From Clostridia bacterium (GTDB lineage Bacteria > Bacillota > Peptococcia > DRI-13 > UBA5745), in the NCBI GenBank assembly GCA_018434325.1, contig JAHDPO010000044.1:53711-117710 (forward strand): 64,000 nt of DNA. Direction: 5' to 3'. Within the stretch, counting starts at the first letter, position 1, and each line of letters opens with the position of its first letter. The notes beneath the pieces are model-generated. The model was not told where the DNA came from and did no database searches. It saw only the letters and a program-made list of their open reading frames with translations. Below are positions 53,224-62,561 of the stretch, piece after piece. A program made the translations under genes and the position numbers.

Positions 53224-54207
53224 CTATTCCGACAGATCCTCCGCTAAAAATTGCACATACATACCATACCGACATAACAGCCGGTCGGGCCGCAAAACCC
53301 GTACCTCAATATCTCGTCGGGCCGGTAAAAAGATCAGCTTTACGGCCTGATCCAGGGAAAGCTGACGAATCTCCGATAAAGCTGTACCTTTGTCGCAAAA
53401 GAATGAGGCCATACCGATGCGGCCGCCGCCGCTGGGAGCCCGCAGATAAAATAAGGTCAGACGGGAAAGCCAGCGCAGCTGCAGGCAATGGACATCCCGG
53501 TCATAGCCCGTTTCCATCGGGTGATCCATAAAACCGATACCCAGGACCTCATTAACGGCGTCATCTTCCAGCTCCAGCATGATTTCCTCCTGGCCCTGCC
53601 AATAGCTGCCCAGCAATTCCTTCTCCGCCGTCATCTGCACCGGCACCCGGATCAGCGCCTCCAAAAGCACTGTCCGCAAACCAGTTCTCACGCCGTGGAG
53701 GCAAACCAGCTCGCTGTGCTCCGGCTCCATACCGGGCCGGCAGTTGGCCTGCCACTCCATGGTGACTTCCGTTACGCTTTGCCCTTGGTTCTTTTCTTTT
53801 TCCTGGCCTTCCTGCCACAGGCAGCCCTGAAACCGGCTGATGCCAAAAAGCGAGGAGGTTCTGGCTAAAGCCGGCCGGCCCCCGTCATGGGGTTCCAAAA
53901 AGAAGCCCCGCCGCAGGTAGGTTTCCTCGCCGTCCTCTTCACCTTGCAATGATGTTTTCCGATTTTCTTCCTCCCAGAATATCTGCACCTGCAAGCTGCC
54001 ATGACAAAAGCCCTCTTTTTCTTGCCAGCAGCCCGGCGACATAGCGGCCGTCAGCTCAATCTTTTCTTTAATATGATCCTTGGGCAGCACCACATTTTCC
54101 CGCAGCAAAATCCAGGTTTCATCACAGCTTATGCAGCGACGCCATACCATATCCTGATAATTTCCTGCCGTCTTCAACTGGACAGTTTCTGCCATTATCA
54201 TGATCAT
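53224..54207 (-). CDS. hypothetical protein, possibly divergent SPOCS-domain spore coat protein
   Basis: ATGA overlap with upstream gene; two beta-rich repeats. Confidence 0.6.
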   Translation of the reverse strand: MIMIMAETVQLKTAGNYQDMVWRRCISCDETWILLRENVVLPKDHIKEKIELTAAMSPGCWQEKEGFCHGSLQVQIFWEEENRKTSLQGEEDGEETYLRRGFFLEPHDGGRPALARTSSLFGISRFQGCLWQEGQEKEKNQGQSVTEVTMEWQANCRPGMEPEHSELVCLHGVRTGLRTVLLEALIRVPVQMTAEKELLGSYWQGQEEIMLELEDDAVNEVLGIGFMDHPMETGYDRDVHCLQLRWLSRLTLFYLRAPSGGGRIGMASFFCDKGTALSEIRQLSLDQAVKLIFLPARRDIEVRVLRPDRLLCRYGMYVQFLAEDLSE

Positions 54208-55193
54208 CCCTTCTTCCACTGCCGGTCGAAGAGTGCCAGCAGCCGCTTTTCTTTTAACAGGCTGGCTTCCCAATAGTGAAATTCCTGCTTCATGGCGGTC
54301 TGGTCAGGCCATTCCTGCCGCAGAAAATATTGCCTGGCATAATACCAATAACCTTCCGGGAACAGCCACTGAGCCTGCAAGGAGCTTTCGTCGGCCGCCG
54401 ACAGCGGGCCCTTTTCCCGGCAATAGGCCTGGATCAGCCCCGGTAAATCCCCGCATCTTTCCCCTTTAAGAGAAAAAAGGGTCTTCAGCAACAGGCTGAG
54501 ATCCATCATTTCCAAACCGCAATAAGGCCAGATACCGTAAAAATAGGGTTTATCCTCCTGCCACAGAACTTCCTTACCGGAAAGTCCCCAAAAAGCCCAG
54601 CCTTTGCCGGACTGCTCCAGTTGCTGCCGGTCTATATAGAGAAGGTGGTTTACCGCCTCTTGCCCCCGCTGATAACATTGCTCAAAGTTTTCCATGAACA
54701 GGCCTTCGATATCTGTGCGGCAGCCCCGGCGGCGTACGATGCCCCGGTAAAGCAGCAGTTCGCCCAGGCGTTCCTGCAAGGCCCGGCACCAATATTCCAC
54801 CGCTCCTTCCGGCAAATAGGCCGGCCAGCCGGCAGCCTGCCGCTGCAGCCGGCCCAGCTCCGCCGCCAGACGCAGCCTTTGCTTTTTCGTCAAACGGCTG
54901 CCGGCTATGCTCTTGCCCCTTGGCGGCGCATCAAAAGCCAGCCAGCAGGCGCCGTTTTGAAAGACCGGCCCTTCTACCGGCGCCGGCAGCATATCGCAGC
55001 CCTGCTCAACGCTTTCCTGCCACCAACGAAAGAGCTCCTGGCCCACGATCTCCTGACCCGGCACAGCCAGCAAAACCAGGTCGCCCCCTGAGGACCGCCA
55101 GTTGTGGCCCCAGGCTAACCACCTGCCCCGCTCCGGTAAAAAAGCCCTCCGAATCCCTTCGGAAGGCTCCAATCCCCGACTACCCTCAACCAT
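54204..55193 (-). CDS. CotS/YsxE-like spore coat protein (kinase-like fold)
   Basis: LAAELGRLQ, DLSLLL, YCRE..LS..E, FPEGYW pattern; SigE promoter. Confidence 0.7.
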   Translation of the reverse strand: MVEGSRGLEPSEGIRRAFLPERGRWLAWGHNWRSSGGDLVLLAVPGQEIVGQELFRWWQESVEQGCDMLPAPVEGPVFQNGACWLAFDAPPRGKSIAGSRLTKKQRLRLAAELGRLQRQAAGWPAYLPEGAVEYWCRALQERLGELLLYRGIVRRRGCRTDIEGLFMENFEQCYQRGQEAVNHLLYIDRQQLEQSGKGWAFWGLSGKEVLWQEDKPYFYGIWPYCGLEMMDLSLLLKTLFSLKGERCGDLPGLIQAYCREKGPLSAADESSLQAQWLFPEGYWYYARQYFLRQEWPDQTAMKQEFHYWEASLLKEKRLLALFDRQWKKG

Positions 55194-55209
55194 ACCCTCA
55201 CCTCGTTAC

Positions 55210-55238
55210 AGCCTATGCTTGAAAGGCCTCAATTATGA
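55210..55238 (-). promoter_or_regulatory. SigE promoter
   Basis: TCATAAT-14 bp-CATAGGCT. Confidence 0.7.
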
Positions 55239-55351
55239 CGTCTTCCGGTTCACGTCTTCCGGTTCACAGGATTTTCATATTACAGCGGCTGATTTTTATG
55301 ATAGAATTAGGCCATAGATACGATAACTATAGAAATGCGAGGATGTTTTCC

Positions 55352-55882
55352 GTGACACGTACCAGACCTTTGACCAAAATCATTGCTTCCCTGCTGCTCC
55401 TTTACGGCATCGCTCTATTTGCCGCCGGCTGCGGCGGCTCTCAAGGCGGTACTCAGGGCGGCTCCCAAACCCCTTCTGAGGCCGGTGAAACCGATGCTCT
55501 GCTCATCACTGAAGTGAATCTGGAAGAGCTGCTGTCCCAAGGCTTGCCGGTGATTCTCAACTTCGGTGACGACAGCCGGGAAGCTAAAGGGACTCTAGCT
55601 AATCTTGAACGAATCAATAAGCTCTACGGCGATAAAATCCTGATCCGCTCCGTGGACCTGGCGGCCAATCCCGAGGCAAAAGAAGGCTTCCCCGTTCAGG
55701 TCATACCCAGCCAGTTCTTTTATACGGCAGAAGGCAAGGCCATTACCCTGCCCGGCGATCTGGGCATCCTCATGAGTAGCTTTCAATCCCTGGAGACTCA
55801 GGAAATCATCTTTACCGTCCATGAAGGCACACTCACCGAGCAGGAGCTGCTGAAGATCCTGGCTTATATGGACGTGAAATAG
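55352..55882 (+). CDS. thioredoxin-fold lipoprotein lacking CxxC
   Basis: Lipobox AAGC; LPVILNFG, VDL, FPVQVIPSQFFY. Confidence 0.75.
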   Translation: MTRTRPLTKIIASLLLLYGIALFAAGCGGSQGGTQGGSQTPSEAGETDALLITEVNLEELLSQGLPVILNFGDDSREAKGTLANLERINKLYGDKILIRSVDLAANPEAKEGFPVQVIPSQFFYTAEGKAITLPGDLGILMSSFQSLETQEIIFTVHEGTLTEQELLKILAYMDVK

Positions 55883-56180
55883 TCGTTGAGGCGGCTGTAA
55901 TTCTGCTCCGGCAGGCACTGCGGGGGAATCTCTTTAAATTAAAAAGGCCCCGGCACAGCGAAAAACTGCACCGGCGTCTCTTTATTTTTTGCTTTCCGAA
56001 AAATCATAAGCCTGGCCGACCCAACTCATCAACTCCCCATCCAGCTCACTTTCATCAAACCGAGGGTCACGTCCATCGTACCCCTCCTACTTTATTTCTT
56101 CGCCCTCTTCTTATTCAACTCAATAACTGCTCAATTTTGCAGCTTTTTAGGGACCCCCCGGGGTAAGGCGGGGTAGAAAA

Positions 56181-56320
56181 TATGCAGAATTCAAGTTTAA
56201 AGTGTCCAGTGCCTGCTTCAATAAGGCTAAACGCTGCTTTTCGACTATATCTAGTGCCGTTCTTGCAGGGGAAACGCTATTTCAAACGAGTGACACACTT
56301 TAAACTTGCAAAATTGAGCA
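56181..56320. repeat. MITE/REP-like family B, copy 3 (more diverged)
   Basis: CAAGTTTAAAGTGT...ACACTTTAAACTTG. Confidence 0.8.
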
Positions 56321-56391
56321 ACGGTGGCTCTTCAACAGACCTATCACCCCTCACCGGTGAGGTAATCCGGACTCTCCCCCTCAGCTTTTTC

Positions 56392-57372
56392 CTATTGCAG
56401 AATACCGTACAACAGATCCCTGTCGCAAATTACTACGCTGTCCCGGCGGCAGTAAGTCATGGCTGCCAGCAAGATCCGCAGCCCCCAGGGCAGTACATCC
56501 TCCCGCCCCGGCATCATGCCCGGCAAGGCCAGCCGTTCAGCCGAGGACAAACCTTCCAGCAGGGCCAGCACCGCCTCCACCTGGCTGCGGCTCATCTCTA
56601 GGCCCAGCAAGGCCTCCGGGTCGTACTCCTTCATATTGAGATGAATAGCCCCCAAGGTGGTGGCTGTACCGCCGACGCCTACCAAAGGTCCCGTCCCGCC
56701 AGCAGCGGCAGCATTGGCCTCCATCTCCATTGCCCGAGCCGGCACCGCTATGCCCTGCCAGCCTGTCCTCAATGCCTCAAGGATGCCTTGACTGTCCAAA
56801 GGCTTTTCCAGAAGCCGCAAACTGCCGATAGGAGCGCTGACCGCCCTTATTCGGCCCTTAATTGCGCCTGTATTCCTGTCAGCATCATCCCCCCTGCCTC
56901 CAACCCCTACAGCCGCCTCCAGCCACATCAGCTCCGTGCTGCCGGCGCCGATATCCAGCACCAGCGGCTGGGCCAAAGCCGGATCATTCAGGCCGGTGGC
57001 TGCCCCCAGGTAGCTGAGGTAGGCCTCCCTCTCGCCGCTGATGATCTGCAGGTCAAAGCCTGTCCGCTCTTTAACCTCTGTCACAAAGCCGCTGCTGTTG
57101 GCCGCTTCCCGCAGGGCTTGCGTACCCAAAAGCCAAGCCTTCTCCACAGGATAGTCCGCCAGCATTTCTTTATACTCAATAAGAGCGGCTAAGGTTCTGT
57201 CCATGGCCTGCCGGCTCAGGCGGAGATTGCCCTGGCCCAGACCTTCCCCAATCCTGGTGATCCTTACCTGCCGCAAATGGGTGAAATCCCCTGCCCCTTG
57301 TTTTTCCACAATAATCAACCGGCAGGAATTGGTGCCGATATCCATAGCCCCCAGATAGATGCCCATTTTCAT
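56392..57372 (-). CDS. Ppx/GppA family phosphatase
   Basis: DIGTNS, ALREAAN, DIGAGSTE, GVGGT. Confidence 0.93.
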   Translation of the reverse strand: MKMGIYLGAMDIGTNSCRLIIVEKQGAGDFTHLRQVRITRIGEGLGQGNLRLSRQAMDRTLAALIEYKEMLADYPVEKAWLLGTQALREAANSSGFVTEVKERTGFDLQIISGEREAYLSYLGAATGLNDPALAQPLVLDIGAGSTELMWLEAAVGVGGRGDDADRNTGAIKGRIRAVSAPIGSLRLLEKPLDSQGILEALRTGWQGIAVPARAMEMEANAAAAGGTGPLVGVGGTATTLGAIHLNMKEYDPEALLGLEMSRSQVEAVLALLEGLSSAERLALPGMMPGREDVLPWGLRILLAAMTYCRRDSVVICDRDLLYGILQ

Positions 57373-57507
57373 GTTCTCCTTTCATTTGTACCCAAAAAGA
57401 AAAGGCTCAGGACGCGGCGCCGCAGCGCCATCATCCAAAGCCTGGTTTTTCTGTCTAACGACTGCCTGAGCAATACGCAATAGCCGCATGAAGCCGTAGC
57501 TGAGGTA

Positions 57508-57954
57508 TTAACCCCTGCCGGCGCCCCGGCCACCCCGCTTGGCGTCGGTGCTGCGGCGGAACTCCAGTTGTTTTTGCTCGCTTTCTTTAATAAACTTGGA
57601 AAGCTTATCCTCGAAAGTCTCCGGTGCGGGAGCGCGAGGAGGGGTAAAGCCGGCGCTGCGCATGGGTGGCCGGTCTTTCTTAAATACGGGCCTGGGAGCT
57701 GCCGGTGCTACTGGAGCAGGAGGCTTAGCTTGTTTGATGGAAAGGCCGATTTTGCCTTTGGGATCCACATTGATTATCTTCACCATGACCTTGTCTTGCT
57801 CTTTGAGATAATCTTTGACATCCTTAACATAGGCGTCGGCCACCTCAGAAATGTGTACCAGACCGGTAACATTACCGGGCAAGCTAATAAAGGCGCCAAA
57901 ATTCGTAATACCGGATACTACCCCTTCAACTATGGTTCCAACTTCGATTGTCAT
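57508..57954 (-). CDS. S1-domain RNA-binding protein (YabR-like)
   Basis: FGAF, GLVHISE, FEDKLSKF. Confidence 0.92.
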   Translation of the reverse strand: MTIEVGTIVEGVVSGITNFGAFISLPGNVTGLVHISEVADAYVKDVKDYLKEQDKVMVKIINVDPKGKIGLSIKQAKPPAPVAPAAPRPVFKKDRPPMRSAGFTPPRAPAPETFEDKLSKFIKESEQKQLEFRRSTDAKRGGRGAGRG

Positions 57955-58014
57955 GAACAAAAACTTCCTCCTGACTCCTTTTAATCTCCTATTAATATTT
58001 ATATTAAAAAATAA

Positions 58015-58476
58015 TTAATGAAGAAAACGTTCTTCGCCTTGCTTTAGCTCTTCCCTTTGGGGAATATCATTGGTGGGAATAGTCTGGTAAACCTTGCTTT
58101 CTCCGGGCTTAACCATATCCAGGTCTTCCCGAGCCAGCTTCTCCACCATCTCAGGCGTATTCAGCGATTGCATCTCATTCTCTAATTGCTGCTTAAGGCC
58201 TGTCAGCTCTTGATTGCGCTGCTGTAAAACCTGCAGCTCCCGGCTCATTTTCACGTAATTCATGCCATCCCTAATCATGGGAAAGAGCATAAGAAACATT
58301 ACCACAAAGAAAAAAGCGGCAAATCGTTTTTGCCTTTTTCGCTTTGTGGCCGAAAGGTTGCGCTTAACTTCCACCCGGATATCCTGACTTCCCGGTGACG
58401 GTGGAACCACAGTGAGGGATATCCGTTTTTCAACAGCTTCTTCCTCTGCTGCTTTATTGATCAATGTCTCTGCCAT
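58015..58476 (-). CDS. divIC: septum formation initiator DivIC/FtsB family
   Basis: TM + coiled coil, EKLAREDLDMVKPGE; synteny. Confidence 0.88.
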   Translation of the reverse strand: MAETLINKAAEEEAVEKRISLTVVPPSPGSQDIRVEVKRNLSATKRKRQKRFAAFFFVVMFLMLFPMIRDGMNYVKMSRELQVLQQRNQELTGLKQQLENEMQSLNTPEMVEKLAREDLDMVKPGESKVYQTIPTNDIPQREELKQGEERFLH

Positions 58477-58500
58477 GATTCCCCCTGAAAATTTAGGTGA

Positions 58501-58848
58501 TTACTGTAATTTATCCTTATTCGCCGGTTTCTTTAGTAATCCTGCCAACTTACGGCGCCAGGATAAGATTTTTTTATTGGTCCGCCATGCTTTGTGGTAA
58601 ATCAGCTGACCGGATCCCAGAGCCAACAGAACCCAAAGACGGAAATCACCGCCGAGAATTCGCATCAAAAAATAGTATACCAGAATAAAAATAAAAATCC
58701 AGAAGGAAATATCCCAAAGCCAGCGGAAAAAGCCTCTCGGTTTGCGCCAATGAAACAGCAAAGCATAAATATCATAAATCAGCCCCGTCAAGATCCCCAG
58801 GGCTGCGGTCAGGAAAACATAGGCCAGCTGCAAATGGATAGGAAGCAC
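58501..58848 (-). CDS. yabQ: spore cortex protein YabQ
   Basis: GLIYD, WDISFW, GDFR; follows yabP. Confidence 0.82.
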   Translation of the reverse strand: MLPIHLQLAYVFLTAALGILTGLIYDIYALLFHWRKPRGFFRWLWDISFWIFIFILVYYFLMRILGGDFRLWVLLALGSGQLIYHKAWRTNKKILSWRRKLAGLLKKPANKDKLQ

Positions 58849-58852
58849 GGCT

Positions 58853-59119
58853 CTATCCGATCAATTTCTTCAGAAGACTTTTGCTGCGCTCACCGGTTTT
58901 TTTCTCGCTGTAAGTAAGGCTGGCTATTTTCCCTTCTACCGTCAGTTCTTCCGCTTCCTGATCCAACTTGGTGATTTTCAGCTGTTTGCCCCGCAGTTCC
59001 ACCATGCCTAAGCTGCTTTCCGCAATAATCTGCTGATCGTCAAATTCGTTAATTTCTTTTACGCCGGCAAGAATGATTTTTTCCCGGCCGGTTATGGTAG
59101 ATACGTATTGCTTATCCAT
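58853..59119 (-). CDS. yabP: sporulation protein YabP
   Basis: GVKEINEFDD, VEGKIASLTY. Confidence 0.88.
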   Translation of the reverse strand: MDKQYVSTITGREKIILAGVKEINEFDDQQIIAESSLGMVELRGKQLKITKLDQEAEELTVEGKIASLTYSEKKTGERSKSLLKKLIG

Positions 59120-59141
59120 ATCACTACCCCCTTTTGCTTAC

Positions 59142-59170
59142 AGTGTATGGGCAATTTAGTTCTCCTATGA
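59142..59170 (-). promoter_or_regulatory. SigE promoter of yabPQ
   Basis: TCATAGG-14 bp-CATACACT. Confidence 0.75.
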
Positions 59171-59202
59171 CGGAATTATCACCTTGTCGCGGCAAAAAAA
59201 AT

Positions 59203-59261
59203 AAAAGAACCGTTCTCCCTGTCGCCGGTATGTTGTCCGGACCAAGGAAAACGGTTCTTTT
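59203..59261 (-). terminator. intrinsic terminator
   Basis: AAAAGAACCGTT...AACGGTTCTTTT with T-tract on the minus strand. Confidence 0.65.
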
Positions 59262-59267
59262 TAAGCA

Positions 59268-60350
59268 TTATTGATAAAGCTGCTCGATTTCCACATCTTT
59301 AAAGAAGTAGCTGACAATCTCCTGGCTGGATTTACCCTCTTCCGCCATGGCTCTGGCCCCCCATTGACTCATGCCTACGCCGTGACCGTAGCCTTTGCCG
59401 GCAACGACTAATTTGCCGCCTTCCACCGCCAGCTTGGTCAGAAGGGCCGATTTGACCTCCGTGCTGCCCAGAGCCAGCCGCATCGCCGGCCCGCCGGTAG
59501 TCAGCTCCCCGATCTTAACCTTCGTGGCCCGGCCGCTTTCGCCTTTTTCCAGGATCTTAGCTTCGCGAATCTCACCGGGATCATTGCCGGTAAAGCTCTT
59601 TAACCGTTCTCGAGCCTCGCCCACGGGAATAGCAGCAGACCATTGCTTATTGCTTTCTTCCGTAATAGCGGCGCCTGGGTCCTCCACCGAATGGATATAG
59701 GGCGTTTCCTCTTTATCGTAGGCCAACCCTTCCGACGCCGAAGCGGCCGTTTTACCGCCGCCATCGGCAAAAAACCAGGCTTTGATCAGTTTGCCCTGCC
59801 AGGTGGCTACCTGGCCTCTGGTATTTTCTACGGCCTTTTTGACACCGTCATTAATCCGGCTGGCGTCATAGGCTTGAAACTCCTCCACATCAGTGGAAGC
59901 GTCGGTGCCCCGTTTCGGCACTCCGCCCAGGGATTCGATGCGCTCCAGGGTAAATGTCCTGGCCAGTATAGCCTGCGCCTCCAAAGCTGCCTCAGGCCAT
60001 TGCGGATCCATTTCGGCTGCCACCACGCCCTGCAGGTATTCCTCCAAAGGCATTTCCTTCGTTTCTTCGGTTTCGTGCATATAAAGAGTGATATTGGGCT
60101 CTTCCTGCCATTTGCTGCCGGCAGCCCCGCCTGCTTGTCCCGATTGGCTGGCCTTGCCATTCTTACCGTTCTCCCCCGGCTCATTCTCCAAAGGGCGGGC
60201 CATACCGCAAGCCGTCAGGCTAACGATTAAAACCGCCAGCAGTACCAGCAGAGCCACGGTCCAAATCAGAGGGTTCATCCTTTTTGCTTGAATAAAACTA
60301 TACAACTTGCCTTGCCGCGATTGTTTGATTTCGGCTTCATGATTATTCAT
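59268..60350 (-). CDS. SpoIID/LytB-domain lipoprotein
   Basis: LEEYLQGVVAAEM, AQAILART, GYGHGVGMSQWGA; lipobox LTAC. Confidence 0.9.
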   Translation of the reverse strand: MNNHEAEIKQSRQGKLYSFIQAKRMNPLIWTVALLVLLAVLIVSLTACGMARPLENEPGENGKNGKASQSGQAGGAAGSKWQEEPNITLYMHETEETKEMPLEEYLQGVVAAEMDPQWPEAALEAQAILARTFTLERIESLGGVPKRGTDASTDVEEFQAYDASRINDGVKKAVENTRGQVATWQGKLIKAWFFADGGGKTAASASEGLAYDKEETPYIHSVEDPGAAITEESNKQWSAAIPVGEARERLKSFTGNDPGEIREAKILEKGESGRATKVKIGELTTGGPAMRLALGSTEVKSALLTKLAVEGGKLVVAGKGYGHGVGMSQWGARAMAEEGKSSQEIVSYFFKDVEIEQLYQ

Positions 60351-60408
60351 AAAAAAACACCTGCCTTTGGCCATAGTATATCCAAAGTCCAGGGTTTCAT
60401 TTATTGCA

Positions 60409-60666
60409 TTAATCGATTGGCTGGCCTTCCATCAGTTTATACAAATTAGCCGCCTCTTCAGCCCGGACAGTTTCCCTGATCTCTAAAATCTCCGCCCTGA
60501 CCTGGCGCTGACCAAAGCCAATTTCCAGTAAATCTCCCACTTTAACTTCGCTGCCGGGCTTAGCTACCTTGCCGTTGATCTTTACCCGTCCGGCATCCAC
60601 CATTTCTTTAGCCACCGTGCGGCGCTTAATCAGGCGGGAGACCTTAAGATATTTATCCAGTCGCAT
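60409..60666 (-). CDS. yabO: S4-domain RNA-binding protein YabO/RqcP
   Basis: MRLDKYLKVSRLIKRRTVAK. Confidence 0.93.
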   Translation of the reverse strand: MRLDKYLKVSRLIKRRTVAKEMVDAGRVKINGKVAKPGSEVKVGDLLEIGFGQRQVRAEILEIRETVRAEEAANLYKLMEGQPID

Positions 60667-60732
60667 CCTGATGTTTCCTTTCTTCCTCTTCCTTTACCAT
60701 TGGGCTTAGGGCCCGGGCCGGATTCCTACGGA

Positions 60733-60763
60733 AAATGGCTTTGGGATATACCCAAAGCCATTT
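60733..60763. terminator. terminator after hup
   Basis: Perfect 13-bp stem AAATGGCTTTGGG/CCCAAAGCCATTT. Confidence 0.75.
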
Positions 60764-60792
60764 AATCAATCCGTGATCCTAAAAAGTGCCGT

Positions 60793-61065
60793 CTAGCAGA
60801 TAGCGTCCTTCAATGCTTTACCAGCTTTGAAAGCGGGCACTTTGGAGGCAGGAATCTCAATAGTCTCACCACTGCGAGGATTACGTCCTGTGCGGGCGCC
60901 TCTCTCACGAGTCTCAAAAGTGCCGAAGCCTACCAACTGAACTTTGTCCCCAGCTTTCAACGTATCCTGAATGCTATCGAACACTGCAGCTACAGCTTTC
61001 TCTGCATCTTTTTTGGATAAGCCGGCTTTCTCTGCAACTTTAGATACAAGCTCTGCTTTATTCAA
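60793..61065 (-). CDS. hup: DNA-binding protein HU
   Basis: GFGTFE, GRNP, PAFKAGK; TTG start after GGGAGG. Confidence 0.97.
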   Translation of the reverse strand: MNKAELVSKVAEKAGLSKKDAEKAVAAVFDSIQDTLKAGDKVQLVGFGTFETRERGARTGRNPRSGETIEIPASKVPAFKAGKALKDAIC

Positions 61066-61251
61066 ATTAATCCCTCCCGTTAAAATTTCGGATTTCCTGT
61101 ACTTATGTTCGATATGCTTGGCCAAAATCCTGCTTAATATACCGCGGGAATATTGATTTTTAAGGATTTTTTGTGATTTTCCCTACTATTTGCCCCTTAT
61201 ACAGGCTTATGAACGGGAATTTGCAGCTGTTTTTCGATTGTCTATTGCTAA

Positions 61252-62451
61252 TTACTTATTTACTTCATCTGCTTTTTTGCGCTTTTCTTCCGCCTTGATT
61301 TTTTGCCAAAGGACCGCTACTTCCTCCGGATTAGCCGCCTTTTCCTCCCCAAAAACATGAGGATGACGGCGGATCATTTTCTGTGTAATGCCCTCAATAA
61401 CATCGTTGATGTTGAAGTCCTGCCGCCGGCGGGCCAAAGCGCTATGGAAAACGATTTGCATGAGAACGTCGCCCAGCTCTTCCTTCAAATGGTTCATATC
61501 CTTCTCATCAATCGCCTCCAGAACCTCGCTTGCCTCTTCCAGTAAATAAGGCTTCAAGCTTTCATGGGTCTGCTTTTGGTCCCAGGGGCAGCCTCCGGGC
61601 CCCAGAAGGCGCTCAAAGACCTCCACCAATCCATCCAGGGGATAATCACGGCCAGGCTTGTCCTGACTGTCCAGAGCCTGGCTCCCGACCGTATGCCTGT
61701 TGGTCCCGCCGTCACTGGCTGTAGCGGGGAAATAGACGGAAGTAAGATGATCGAAACCTTTAAAATGATCCAATTCCGCTAAGGGGCAAAGAATCAACTC
61801 TTCCTCACCGGCCACACCGGCATGGTAAAGAATCAATATCTCCGCTTCCGGCGCCGCCGACTCCAGCAAAAATAATTTTAGTTCTCCGGCAACAAACCGG
61901 TTATAGACCTGGGTAAAAAGACAAGGCCCTGCCGGCAGGCAGGGATAAGCCTCTTGGCCCAGAGCAGCGGCGTCCAGAAGGGTTAGGCCTTCCTCGATAG
62001 GATCGAGGCCCAGAAGCAGAAATACGGCGTCCAGGAAGCTAAGAGCCGGCAGCAGAGCAATCTTCTCCGGCCCCGAGGCAGCCTGGCCGCTATCCTTAAC
62101 GGCTGAACCGCCAGACCCACCGGCCAGGGAAGCCCTTTTTAGCAGCAGCCTTACCGTCTCCTCCGCCACCAGAGGATGCCCCGGCACACAATAGCAGACT
62201 TTTTGCCCCTTCATCGCTTCCCCCCAAACGAAATCGGCAATATTCTCATAGATTTCCCGGAAGCTGCCGCCTTTATCATAAAAATGGTCGCAACTGATAA
62301 AAGCCTGGCCCTCATCCTTAAGATCGGCGGCTGCAGGATGAATTTCCGTCCGCAAAATCACTTTATCCGCATCTTTAATCAGCTGCCGGGTTTCCAGCGT
62401 CATTTTGCCCAAACCTGCCGGACCCAGACCGGCAATCCATAATTCGCCCAT
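61252..62451 (-). CDS. mazG: YabN-type tetrapyrrole methylase-MazG protein with only one MazG domain
   Basis: GLGP, VPGHP, GCPWD, EELGD, RRHPHVF. Confidence 0.88.
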   Translation of the reverse strand: MGELWIAGLGPAGLGKMTLETRQLIKDADKVILRTEIHPAAADLKDEGQAFISCDHFYDKGGSFREIYENIADFVWGEAMKGQKVCYCVPGHPLVAEETVRLLLKRASLAGGSGGSAVKDSGQAASGPEKIALLPALSFLDAVFLLLGLDPIEEGLTLLDAAALGQEAYPCLPAGPCLFTQVYNRFVAGELKLFLLESAAPEAEILILYHAGVAGEEELILCPLAELDHFKGFDHLTSVYFPATASDGGTNRHTVGSQALDSQDKPGRDYPLDGLVEVFERLLGPGGCPWDQKQTHESLKPYLLEEASEVLEAIDEKDMNHLKEELGDVLMQIVFHSALARRRQDFNINDVIEGITQKMIRRHPHVFGEEKAANPEEVAVLWQKIKAEEKRKKADEVNK

Positions 62452-62491
62452 GGCCGTCCTCTTTCCTTTGCTCTGTTATTTCAATAAAGAA

Positions 62492-62519
62492 AGCTTTACA
62501 GAGAGTTTTCTGTAAAGCT
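62492..62519. terminator. hairpin, probable terminator
   Basis: AGCTTTACAGA/TCTGTAAAGCT. Confidence 0.6.
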
Positions 62520-62561
62520 AATCATACCTCCTTTTATTATCTTTTGCAATTTTAACTGATC

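Noticed and set aside
55883-57507. tRNA genes expected between yabR and spoIIE
   Set aside because: No cloverleaf or T-loop motif found on either strand
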